Source: a virus
IMG/VR virus record: IMGVR_UViG_3300037458_001730
Span: 1-64,000 of that record
DNA length: 64,000 nt
Direction: 5' to 3' (one strand)
The notes under the pieces: model-generated
Seen by the model: only the letters and a program-made list of their open reading frames with translations
Told to the model about the DNA's origin: nothing
Database searches by the model: none
In this document: piece after piece, positions 8,609-17,859 of the stretch
Layout of the letters: each line of letters begins with the position of its first letter
How positions within the stretch are numbered: position 1 is the stretch's first letter
Translations under genes and position numbers: made by a program

Positions 8609-8687
8609 TAAAAGCTAGACATTTATATGTCATTAACATATAAGTTAGTAACTTTTAAAAAACCACTCTATTTATAAACAAAAAACA

Positions 8688-9524
8688 ATGCCACAAATTT
8701 ACATTTATACACTGGAACATCCAATAACTCACGAAATTAGATATATTGGAAAAACAACACAACCTTTAAATAAAAGACTAAAGGCTCATGTATATGAATC
8801 AAAACAGAAGAATAATCATAAATGTAATTGGGTTTACAAGTTAATCACAAATAATCTTACACCTATTATAAAAATATTAGATATAGTTACAGAAAAAGAG
8901 TGGGAGTTTTGGGAATCATATTGGATTGAACAATTTAAAACTTGGGGATATAATTTGGTTAATCAAACTCCAGGTGGAGAGGGTTATAAACATACAGAAG
9001 AAACAAAAAATAAAATAAGAGAAGCTCAACTTGGTAGTAAAGGACATATGTATGGTAAAAAAATGGCCAAAGAAGTAAGAAATAAAATTTCTAAAAGTTT
9101 AGAGGGTAATAGTTTTAGAAAAGGCAAAAAATCCTCTCCAGAAACAATTAAAAAAAACATAAAAAATGCATCTCGATATTGGTTGGGGAAAACTAGAGAT
9201 GAAGAAACAAAAAATAAAATAAAAATTAATCGTAAAGGAAAAGGAATTGGACCAAGACCAGACTTAATTAAAAATGGTAAAGAAAATTATTTTTTTGGTA
9301 AAAATCACACAGAAGAAACCAAAAATCATTTAAGAAAAACAAAAGGAACATCAATAGAGGTTTTTGATATAAACATGCAAAAACTTTTTGAGTTTGATTC
9401 TATTAAACAAGCGGCTAAAGAATTAAAAATGTATAGTGGTGATATAAAAAACTTATTGCAAACTGGTAATATGCAAAATAAGCGTAAAATATATTTTAAA
9501 TATTCTTTTGTCGATCTATCATAA
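8688..9524 (+). CDS. GIY-YIG homing endonuclease with NUMOD3/NUMOD1 repeats
   Basis: YIYTL...RYIGKT, RL..H, E.YWI, YNLVNQTPGGEG; repeated HTEETKNKI and C-terminal FDSIKQAAKEL; inserted antisense to its neighbours. Confidence 0.9.
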   Translation: MPQIYIYTLEHPITHEIRYIGKTTQPLNKRLKAHVYESKQKNNHKCNWVYKLITNNLTPIIKILDIVTEKEWEFWESYWIEQFKTWGYNLVNQTPGGEGYKHTEETKNKIREAQLGSKGHMYGKKMAKEVRNKISKSLEGNSFRKGKKSSPETIKKNIKNASRYWLGKTRDEETKNKIKINRKGKGIGPRPDLIKNGKENYFFGKNHTEETKNHLRKTKGTSIEVFDINMQKLFEFDSIKQAAKELKMYSGDIKNLLQTGNMQNKRKIYFKYSFVDLS

Positions 9525-10047
9525 TTAAAGCGCACAGCCCGATTACGTAGCTGTCGCATACATCGTAATTTTCGTCGAGAAGTTTTCTAGATTTAGGACC
9601 GTATTTCCAATCAATCAATGGTTCCAATTCTTTTACTTTGTTCCAAACTTCATGTTTAATTGAGCCTTCTTTTTCAACATTCATCGTTGGGAACGCTTCT
9701 TTTCTAGCGTGATTTACATTAAAATAAATTGGTTGTATTTTAAATTCCAAGTAAAGATATGAGCTAATCATTCCATTAAAAAAATTCAAAAGTGCAATTG
9801 TTGTTGCTGATGAAAATTTACCCATAAACTTTTTGAGAGGTTCCTCAATAGCTATATAAGCAACATTATATTCTTTTAAAAAAGAAATTGCTTTTTTAAA
9901 CTCTTCTAGCTTTTCAAAAATTGTTAACTTGTCTCCGAATTTTACATAGCTTGCAGTCTCCAATTTACCATCTTCTCTAAATAAAGAATATCCGATGCAG
10001 CTAGTCGAAATGTCTAAACCTAAAATATACTTTGTCTTATTTTCCAT
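9496..10047 (-). CDS. ruvC: RuvC-like Holliday junction resolvase
   Basis: ILGLDISTSCIG, IAIEE and DVCDSY acidic catalytic motifs. Confidence 0.85.
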   Translation of the reverse strand: MENKTKYILGLDISTSCIGYSLFREDGKLETASYVKFGDKLTIFEKLEEFKKAISFLKEYNVAYIAIEEPLKKFMGKFSSATTIALLNFFNGMISSYLYLEFKIQPIYFNVNHARKEAFPTMNVEKEGSIKHEVWNKVKELEPLIDWKYGPKSRKLLDENYDVCDSYVIGLCALIMIDRQKNI

Positions 10048-10092
10048 TGTTTTGTTTTGAATAATATATCGAAACGAAACGAAAAAATCAAA

Positions 10093-10764
10093 TTAATTAA
10101 ACTTCCAAACAAACCCATAAGCTGTCTTATATTTGCCAAGACACACCTTGTTGATATTACCCTGGCTCATACCAGTTTCAACCTGAACATGCTTACCAGA
10201 GTCCCAGAAGCGAATAAATTGACCATCTAGAGTATATTGCGAGATTGGTTTTACTTTGGCCTTTGCCATTTTTTCTTTGGCTTCTGTAGATCTAGTTTTA
10301 CCTTTCCAATATCTACTGTTGTTAATTGTGATTTTATTAATTGCTTCCTGAGTGTGTTGATTACCTCTGTTGGCATCACCAATTTTTTTCTTTGTTTCTT
10401 CTGGTAGGTTTTTACCGAGCCAGAATTTGGTGGCGTTTTTGCGGATTTTTTCTATTGCTTGTACTGTTTGAGTTGAACCCAATCTTGAACCAGCTGTCGG
10501 ACACATGTTGTATTCTGGCTTAAGAGTATCAATATAATGTTGTTCACGTGGAATCAACTGAGTTAAATCCTCTACTACTTCAATCAATCCAAAAATAAAG
10601 CTATTTTCTCCATGTTTATTCCAGGCATTTTGTAAATATGTAGAGTGGTGTTTATTTTTTTTTAATAAATAAGTGTGTTCATAAATTCTTCTTAAGAAAT
10701 CTTCTGCAGAACCAACGTATATTTTGTTGTCTAGTATATTTTTGATTTTATATATTCCTGACAT
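10093..10764 (-). CDS. GIY-YIG homing endonuclease (Seg/I-TevI-like)
   Basis: SGIYKI...YVGSA, LQNAWNKHG, REQHYID, YN; NUMOD3 (ETKKKI, HTQEA) and NUMOD1 (KTAYGFVWK) C-terminus. Confidence 0.92.
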   Translation of the reverse strand: MSGIYKIKNILDNKIYVGSAEDFLRRIYEHTYLLKKNKHHSTYLQNAWNKHGENSFIFGLIEVVEDLTQLIPREQHYIDTLKPEYNMCPTAGSRLGSTQTVQAIEKIRKNATKFWLGKNLPEETKKKIGDANRGNQHTQEAINKITINNSRYWKGKTRSTEAKEKMAKAKVKPISQYTLDGQFIRFWDSGKHVQVETGMSQGNINKVCLGKYKTAYGFVWKFN

Positions 10765-10776
10765 AATTTAAAATAT

Positions 10777-10807
10777 AAAAAAATCCCTGGTAAAAACCAA
10801 GGATTTT
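10777..10807 (-). terminator. Probable intrinsic terminator after the tail/baseplate operon
   Basis: Minus strand aaaatccttgg-ttttta-ccagggatttt (one G-U pair) running into a T tract. Confidence 0.6.
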
Positions 10808-10837
10808 CTTTTTTGTAAATAATTGATTTACAAGTCG

Positions 10838-11950
10838 TTACACCTCAATATCAATATTAAACGTGATCAAGTTCGTGAAATTCTTTTCCACTGGTTCGCT
10901 CAATTTTGCAACTGCAATTAGTTCGCTTTTTCTGTTGTATAAAGCAACTTCGGTGATCCACAATGAGTCAAAATTATTTGTTTGAGCGTTAAACTCTTGG
11001 GCATTTTTTGCGGCATCCCAGGTTGGATTGTTTGTGAAATAAAATTCACCTGGTAAGCCCATGCATATTACAGAAGTTTTATAGCTTATGCTAATGTCAT
11101 AAAAAGTTGTTTGCGACTTTGAAGTGTCTGTAAAATATATATCTGTTGTTCCAGATGAACCACCAGTGTTTGCTATATTTGTGTGCAATTTTAAGCCTTG
11201 AGTCCACGGAATATTGTCCACAATTGATGGGTGTGTTAAAACAATATATCCTTTGTCTAAACAAACAAAACCGCAAGGAATGTCGTAATTATATCCTTGA
11301 TTTGTGTTGTTTGGATAAGATGGTGTAACTGGCGTTGCGTAAGTAATTGCGCTAGTTGGTCTTTTATCTGTGTTTATATCATAAGAAATGTCTAAGTCAG
11401 AATATGGGACCGCTGCTGGTCTTTGTGAAAACGATGTGGTGTTCCAAGTGGTTACACTACTTTTAGAAGTTGTACCCCCGTTTGTAGTTCCAGTGTAAGG
11501 CAAATTAAGTTCATCACAAAATAAGAATGCAATATTGCTTCCCAAAAATACGTTGTTTTCTTTCTTTTGTAATGTAGAATATGTGCTTGATACCACTGTT
11601 TTAGCGCTCATTGTAGAGTTAAAAACAAGTGTTTGAGGGACCTTAATTGTTAAGCTACGACCATCAATAATTTCGTTATAACTCGATTTTTCAATAGGCA
11701 TTATAACTATTCTATCAACATTGATTTGTAGTAACTCTGGGTTAGATAGAGCCAATGTGCTTCCGCTTGCTAAATCGGAATAAACATTTGGCACATTAAA
11801 CGAAGCAAAATAGTTTGCTTTTTTATTTGTTGTGTCTGTTCTATCACACAAGGTGTATGTAATACCACTACCATTTAGTGTTACACTAGTTGAAGACTCT
11901 TGTCTGTTTGATATTGTGCTAGCTACAGCTTTGAAAATTTGAGTTGCCAT
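10838..11950 (-). CDS. Virion baseplate/tail-associated protein (C-terminal tail-collar-like motif)
   Basis: Ser/Thr-rich; ends ITEVALYNRKSELIAVAKLSEPVEK...FNIDIEV. Confidence 0.7.
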   Translation of the reverse strand: MATQIFKAVASTISNRQESSTSVTLNGSGITYTLCDRTDTTNKKANYFASFNVPNVYSDLASGSTLALSNPELLQINVDRIVIMPIEKSSYNEIIDGRSLTIKVPQTLVFNSTMSAKTVVSSTYSTLQKKENNVFLGSNIAFLFCDELNLPYTGTTNGGTTSKSSVTTWNTTSFSQRPAAVPYSDLDISYDINTDKRPTSAITYATPVTPSYPNNTNQGYNYDIPCGFVCLDKGYIVLTHPSIVDNIPWTQGLKLHTNIANTGGSSGTTDIYFTDTSKSQTTFYDISISYKTSVICMGLPGEFYFTNNPTWDAAKNAQEFNAQTNNFDSLWITEVALYNRKSELIAVAKLSEPVEKNFTNLITFNIDIEV

Positions 11951-11971
11951 GTTTTAAGTCTATGTTTTTTA

Positions 11972-12556
11972 TTATGCGGTGCTTACTGAAGTTGAACCAG
12001 CGTTGGAAACGCTTGAAAATGTTCCTTGGTATTTTAAGAAAAATGTAACAGCATTTCCTGGCTTGTTTGTACCAGCTCCGTATGCTATGAACTTTAAATT
12101 TCTAGATCTAACTGTTGGTGTAACACTATTTGTATATGGTTGTCCAGTTGCTGGGTTTGTGTTTATCCAGGATCTTAAAGCTTGTAAATAAGAGGCTGGA
12201 ACACCTGTTTTGTAATCATAGTAACCGTCTTGCATAAGATTATTTGCAACACAAAAGGTTACATACATAATGTTTCCAACTGTTGGGTAGTGTATTTTTA
12301 AAAATGGAGCGCCATTGCCAGATGTAGTTGTTAGAGGGATAACAGCTTTTGTTCCACCTCCGCCAGCAAGATTTATTTGTGTAACACCTGGAGATGTTGG
12401 GCCAGTTACAATAAAAGCTTCCGTTATTGGAGCATTGTTATTGTTTTTATCAACAGTTGAAAAAATAACCTCTTGTTTAAATGGTATTAAATTTGGGGCC
12501 GTATTTGGTGTTGATGGTGGTAGAACACCTACTAATGTAGTATTTGAAGTTGCCAT
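11972..12556 (-). CDS. Putative virion structural protein
   Basis: Thr/Pro/Gly-rich ORF in the structural operon. Confidence 0.55.
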   Translation of the reverse strand: MATSNTTLVGVLPPSTPNTAPNLIPFKQEVIFSTVDKNNNNAPITEAFIVTGPTSPGVTQINLAGGGGTKAVIPLTTTSGNGAPFLKIHYPTVGNIMYVTFCVANNLMQDGYYDYKTGVPASYLQALRSWINTNPATGQPYTNSVTPTVRSRNLKFIAYGAGTNKPGNAVTFFLKYQGTFSSVSNAGSTSVSTA

Positions 12557-12597
12557 TTTTTTATTTTTATTTTGTTCCCTTTGTTATCATTTTTTAA

Positions 12598-13197
12598 TTA
12601 TGCGCCAGAAGAAGTTTCTGAACTAGAAGATTCACTGCTTGAACCGCTGCTCAATGTTATGCCGCCACCCAAGGTAGTTGCACCAAGTGCTCCAGAACCA
12701 GATGTTCCAACATCTACGCTTGAGCTAGTTAAATCATCTCCTCCTGGAACACCAAATCCACTAGCAGATACTGTGCTTGTTGGATTTGATACAATTACCA
12801 CTTGTTGAGTTGGTGGAACATCAGTTGCTGCGTTTGTTGGCATTCCAGCATCTGTGTTTAATGTTAATGTGTTTCCAACTATATTCGTAGAGTATTGTGG
12901 ATCAACAAAAGCCATTGCATCAACAGTGTAATAAACCAATTTTGATTGAACGTAATCTGCTGTTGATTTTATACAATCTTCTGATTTTCCAGTAATATCT
13001 GGAACATCTCCTGATTCTAATCTTTCACTTGTTGCATAATTTGTGTCAGGATCTCCCAACCCAAAAGCTTTTATTTCAAAAAGATCGTTTCCAGCTGAAT
13101 CAAAACGAATATTACCTTTGTTGAAAAGGTAAGCCCTTCCTTTTTCTGACAAATATGCTGTAGCGTATATAGTTGCTGCAGATTGAATTCTACCCAT
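12598..13197 (-). CDS. Virion baseplate/tail-associated protein (N-terminal tail-collar-like motif)
   Basis: AYLSEKGRAYL...FGLGDPDTNY; Ser/Gly-rich tail; TATTTATA motif upstream (13211-13218). Confidence 0.65.
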   Translation of the reverse strand: MGRIQSAATIYATAYLSEKGRAYLFNKGNIRFDSAGNDLFEIKAFGLGDPDTNYATSERLESGDVPDITGKSEDCIKSTADYVQSKLVYYTVDAMAFVDPQYSTNIVGNTLTLNTDAGMPTNAATDVPPTQQVVIVSNPTSTVSASGFGVPGGDDLTSSSVDVGTSGSGALGATTLGGGITLSSGSSSESSSSETSSGA

Positions 13198-13236
13198 GGT
13201 TTTATTTTTTTATAAATATTAATATATTTTTTTTCA

Positions 13237-15285
13237 TTAAAAATCTATTTCAAGTTGAAACGCTAAGTATCTGCTGGAATTTTTTGGTATTGGATAAGTA
13301 AACTTACCAACGCCAACCAACACATTGTTTGAATCTAAAACTCCTATTTCAGTAATATATGTATCCAAGTTTACAGTTGAGTTAAAAGATGGATTATTTG
13401 AAGAATTAAAAGATGTGTTTGGGGCCAACACTGTCAAAACACTTTTAAATGTTGTGGCCATTATATCGCAACTTATGTTTCCAAAGAAGAAAGATTCTTG
13501 ACCAAATGTAATGCCGCTAGTCCAACTGCTTGTGCTTTGTGTGAAACCAGAGTAACGTCCACTTAAAGAAAATGTTGTTCCTGAATTGTAATCTTCTTGC
13601 GAAATAATAAAATTATTTGTCAACAAAGATACTGGATCTATAGAGGCCGTACTAGTTCCGCTATATATACCATTTCCTCCAGGTGATGCAGAAATTAACT
13701 TCCAAGTATCAGAAGGCAAATTATCTATTTTCATGTTTGGGTACAAAGTTTTGTCAACTTTATTTACCATTAATTGAACACTATTTGCATTCCAACCAGT
13801 GCCAGAATATGTTTCCATACCAGTTGCACTTCTTAAGTAAGGGAAGCCATTTGAACCAAATGAAACCCTTAAATATTGTGGATTTCCATTGTTATCATTA
13901 ACTCCATCTATCTGAGATATGTAATTACAATTAAGTGGTGGTAAAAACCCATAAGTCAAACCAGTTGATGATGGTGAATATGGACTTACGCTATCTACCA
14001 TGTATGTTACATAGTAAGTATAACCAGTTTGTAATATACCAGTAGCATTTGCTGTTGACAATGGGTATTTTGGTGAAAAACTTGTACTTAAAGATAGTGG
14101 CGGCAAAGTAAAGTTTCTATTTGACTTATATGTTAAAGCTGTAAGCAGTTCTGGGTCCGTAATAATTATAACCTTCAATTTATGGTATACTCTACCAACT
14201 ATCATATCACTTGTAGATGTTCCATCTCTAAGAGGTCTATACGAAGTTCCAGCTACAGAATCATAAGTTGTTGGTCCAGCTGCGTCTGATAAAGATAACC
14301 CCCAAGGCATTCCTTGACCAGCATTAGCTGGGTAGTTGTGCCACATTATGTGTGGCATATCAATAACAACAGTACCTTCAACAAGTTGTTCGGCGTATGT
14401 GTTTCCGCTATATTTATTAGAATAGTGAACCACTCCAAACTCTCTTGTTTCTGAAGAAAAACCAAAATATTGTTTGCTTCCATTATATTCTATTGAACCA
14501 TAAGTTGTGTAAGCACTCATTGTTGAGTCTGTTCCGATCACACTACTTGTTCTAACTATGTTCATGTTCCAAACCTGGCAAGAAACAGTTGTGGCTGATC
14601 CATAATATGTATCAACACCACTAAATGGATAAAAATAAGCATTAGTAGCCAAATGTGAAGTGGAAAGTGTGGCTCCAAAATTTGGTAAATTTCTATCTAA
14701 ATATACGCTTGATGTTAATGAGTTTGCACTTAAAACTCTATACCAAAGAGAAACAAGAGGCGTTCCAGAATTAACTATTGTTGTTGCAACTGATGTGTTT
14801 CCACTGTTTTGAATTGGCTTCCATGACACAAACATTAATTCTCCACCGCGTGGAAAGTATGTTCCACCAGTCATTTTTATATTATTTGTTCCGCTTGGTG
14901 TTTCTGCTGAATATCTTATTATGGACTTACCAAGCATTTTTGATGGGTCTAACGCCCAATTTGATGTTGATCCAGTGTAAAAACCAGTTGATGGTGTTGC
15001 TGCGGATGTTATTTGTTTTGCCGATGCTACAGAACTAAAAGCAACTGGCTCAGTACCATCAAAATTTGTAAGTGGTAAAATTGGGTGATTATCTTTTGGT
15101 CCAATAATTCTATTAAGACAAGAGATGTTATATGAACTCGTTGTATCAAAATCATATTTAATTTCTCGATCTGAGAAAACAGCTTTTGAAAAATTTAACT
15201 GCCCCAAAGACAGCAATCTTCTCCCATCATCTGTTAATTTGATGTTTAGGTAAGTTAACGGCTCTTGTGAAAGATATGCACACAT
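13237..15285 (-). CDS. Large virion baseplate/tail-associated protein
   Basis: N-terminal KLTDDGRRLL...FSDREIKY and C-terminal ITEIGVLDSNNVLVGVGKFTYPIPK...LEIDF; Ser/Thr/Gly-rich. Confidence 0.7.
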   Translation of the reverse strand: MCAYLSQEPLTYLNIKLTDDGRRLLSLGQLNFSKAVFSDREIKYDFDTTSSYNISCLNRIIGPKDNHPILPLTNFDGTEPVAFSSVASAKQITSAATPSTGFYTGSTSNWALDPSKMLGKSIIRYSAETPSGTNNIKMTGGTYFPRGGELMFVSWKPIQNSGNTSVATTIVNSGTPLVSLWYRVLSANSLTSSVYLDRNLPNFGATLSTSHLATNAYFYPFSGVDTYYGSATTVSCQVWNMNIVRTSSVIGTDSTMSAYTTYGSIEYNGSKQYFGFSSETREFGVVHYSNKYSGNTYAEQLVEGTVVIDMPHIMWHNYPANAGQGMPWGLSLSDAAGPTTYDSVAGTSYRPLRDGTSTSDMIVGRVYHKLKVIIITDPELLTALTYKSNRNFTLPPLSLSTSFSPKYPLSTANATGILQTGYTYYVTYMVDSVSPYSPSSTGLTYGFLPPLNCNYISQIDGVNDNNGNPQYLRVSFGSNGFPYLRSATGMETYSGTGWNANSVQLMVNKVDKTLYPNMKIDNLPSDTWKLISASPGGNGIYSGTSTASIDPVSLLTNNFIISQEDYNSGTTFSLSGRYSGFTQSTSSWTSGITFGQESFFFGNISCDIMATTFKSVLTVLAPNTSFNSSNNPSFNSTVNLDTYITEIGVLDSNNVLVGVGKFTYPIPKNSSRYLAFQLEIDF

Positions 15286-15293
15286 TTTTGTAG

Positions 15294-15404
15294 AATTTCC
15301 TATAAATATTAGTAAAAAAAATAATAAAACAATTATGAATTGTAAATACTTGTTGTGTTTTGCTTTATAATTAGAATCTTTTTTGCGAATATTTATAGGA
15401 AATT
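15294..15404. repeat. Perfect 17-bp inverted repeat carrying divergent TATTTATA motifs
   Basis: aatttcctataaatatt (15294-15310) is the exact reverse complement of aatatttataggaaatt (15388-15404); it sits between divergent structural genes. Confidence 0.9.
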
Positions 15405-15413
15405 ATTTTTATT

Positions 15414-17858
15414 GTGTCAAGCAACTTAATCACACCAAATTCAGCGGATACCCTTTCGGTTTTTTATAGACCTGGTGAGGATAAAAGGTTATTGAACACG
15501 AATTCTGATTCTATATTTACATTTGGTGATTTCAGAATATATAGAGACAATGACTCTGAAGCAATAACTGGCACAAGTAAAAACTTAAATTTTGACTCAT
15601 TTTCTACTCTTGATTCTCTGGGGGTGTCTAATTTTATGCCTCCACAGTCTTATTCTGTAAATCAAAATGAGTTGAATTTAAAACCAAACGATCCATTTAG
15701 TTATTCTTATTTTGGTTCTTTTTACACAGAAGTTGCAAATTCTATAAACAACATAATAACTAATTTTCCTTACGCGATACTGTCTTACGACAATAACACT
15801 GGAACAACAATTTATGATTATTCAACATCTGCAAACACAATAACTGGGGTAAAAGTTTCATCTTTTAAAATACCATATTCAGCGCTAACAAATCAAGGTG
15901 GAATTATTTTAAACTCAGGCTCTACAATAACTGGAGTTCTTAGTCTTGTATATGATTTTGATCAATTTGAAATAGAGCTTAGTGGTTCATCAACAACTGG
16001 AGTCACAAGTGCAATTCCAATCACAGAATATAATTTTTCTGCTGGAAGCAATTCTTTTCTGTCTTTCACAATTTCTGGAACCATTGAGGGGTTGGGAGGT
16101 TCAAGCAGTACAAAAGCAATATACATAAGACCAACTAGAAAAAGATTGTCTGAGTATAAATTAAACTTAAGTAGTCTTGAAACAAACTTGCTGTATGGTG
16201 AAAAACTTTTAGTGCCAAATGTGGATACGGATTCTGGTTATACTGAAACGACTTTTGTTTGGCCTAAAAACAATGATGGGTTTTCTCCAGATAATTATGG
16301 TGATGATTTTGAAAATTATAAAGAAGAAATTTTATTAGCTGCAGCTAAAATAGACGATTCTAAAACGAATATAATGTTAAGGACTATGATACCTGAAACA
16401 TTTATTGAAAGAGATTCTGATAATGAAATTTACAAAAGCACAATACAAGCATATGCACACGAATTTGATCAAATAAAACATTACATAGATGGTATTGCTT
16501 ATGCCCATTCTATACAATATGATGGAACAGAAAGTGTGCCAAAGAAATTTATGTACAAACTAAGCAACCTTCTTGGTTGGAAGCTTGTAGATTCTTTTAG
16601 CGAAATTGATTTGTTTGAATATCTCTCTTCTGATGTTAGTGGTGACGGCACCACATATTCGCAATTTAATTTAGAAATTTGGAGAAGGATCTTAATTAAT
16701 ATAAATTGGTTGTACAAAAAAAAGGGCACCAGAGATGCTTTAGTTTTTCTTTTTAAGCTTTTAGGTGCACCAGATTGTATGGTACAACTTGAAGAATTTA
16801 TATACAAAATAAACAGTGTATATCAAGAAGCAATTTTAAGTGGCTCTACAAATCTATCAGACAAAATAAATGAATATGGTTATATAAATTATAATCAAAG
16901 TAAATATGTTTTTCAAGAGGGTGGTCCTGGAAGAGGTAATGGCCAAGCTTATATTACACAATGGACTCCAGAATTTAACCCAAACAAAATCGTAGATAAC
17001 CAAAAGGTTGTGGTTGGTTTTTCTGGTTTAAATGGGTCTCAAAATGTAATGAACTCTAAAGAGTTTAGAATGTCGCTTGATCCAGCGGCTGCAATAGAGT
17101 GTGATGTGTTTAGTTTTTATCAACAACAAGCTGAAGCTGGTACTTCTTGGCTACTAACATCAACTACTGTTCCAGATGAATATTTGGTTTCGGCAAATGT
17201 AATGGCAAACGGAGCAATTAGCGCTATGACGATTAATCAGTGGTTAGATTATATTTATGCTAATTTAATAAAACCACAAGACAGGAAAACAGTTGGAAAC
17301 AACACTTATAATATTAGTAATTCAGATGAAATATTAAACACTTTTAATATTTCAACATATACTGGTTTAAAAAATGCTTATTTGTCTTATTATTATTGGC
17401 AAGAACCATCTTCTCACAAATTGACATTTAAAAGATTGGAGGCTTTTTTAAATTTATTAGAAAGAAACTTTACTGATTATACTATACAACTTTTACCAGC
17501 TACAACCATTTTAGAATCGCGTGGAACTACAATAAGAAACACAATATTTAATAGGCAAAAATTTGTATATAAAGAAGGTGTCAATAAAGGTTCTGAGTTT
17601 AAGGTTAATCTTGTTCCAAATTTCGAACCAAATATTACACCAGTAAATTTAACGCCTCGAATAAATGATTATTTAGACTCAACAATAAACACTCACAAAA
17701 TAGAGGCCACTGTTATTAATACAAAAAATATTAGCATAAAAGCTTTTTCGATAAACGCAACAATTAACATTAATATAAGTGCTTCAATATCTGCGGCTAG
17801 AACAAGTATGGACATATTAGATGTGGGTGAAAAAACAGAAATAATATCAACTTTATAA
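15414..17858 (+). CDS. Baseplate wedge-type protein (P2 gpI / T4 gp7-like domain)
   Basis: FDQIKHYID...VPKKFMYKLSNLLGW...IWRRIL...LYKKKGTRDALVFLFKLLG pattern. Confidence 0.7.
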   Translation: MSSNLITPNSADTLSVFYRPGEDKRLLNTNSDSIFTFGDFRIYRDNDSEAITGTSKNLNFDSFSTLDSLGVSNFMPPQSYSVNQNELNLKPNDPFSYSYFGSFYTEVANSINNIITNFPYAILSYDNNTGTTIYDYSTSANTITGVKVSSFKIPYSALTNQGGIILNSGSTITGVLSLVYDFDQFEIELSGSSTTGVTSAIPITEYNFSAGSNSFLSFTISGTIEGLGGSSSTKAIYIRPTRKRLSEYKLNLSSLETNLLYGEKLLVPNVDTDSGYTETTFVWPKNNDGFSPDNYGDDFENYKEEILLAAAKIDDSKTNIMLRTMIPETFIERDSDNEIYKSTIQAYAHEFDQIKHYIDGIAYAHSIQYDGTESVPKKFMYKLSNLLGWKLVDSFSEIDLFEYLSSDVSGDGTTYSQFNLEIWRRILININWLYKKKGTRDALVFLFKLLGAPDCMVQLEEFIYKINSVYQEAILSGSTNLSDKINEYGYINYNQSKYVFQEGGPGRGNGQAYITQWTPEFNPNKIVDNQKVVVGFSGLNGSQNVMNSKEFRMSLDPAAAIECDVFSFYQQQAEAGTSWLLTSTTVPDEYLVSANVMANGAISAMTINQWLDYIYANLIKPQDRKTVGNNTYNISNSDEILNTFNISTYTGLKNAYLSYYYWQEPSSHKLTFKRLEAFLNLLERNFTDYTIQLLPATTILESRGTTIRNTIFNRQKFVYKEGVNKGSEFKVNLVPNFEPNITPVNLTPRINDYLDSTINTHKIEATVINTKNISIKAFSINATININISASISAARTSMDILDVGEKTEIISTL

Positions 17859-17859
17859 A

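Noticed and set aside
8623-8654. Short AT-rich palindromes between primase and the GIY-YIG gene as operators
   Set aside because: Stems of 8 bp or less made mostly of A/T are expected by chance at this composition.
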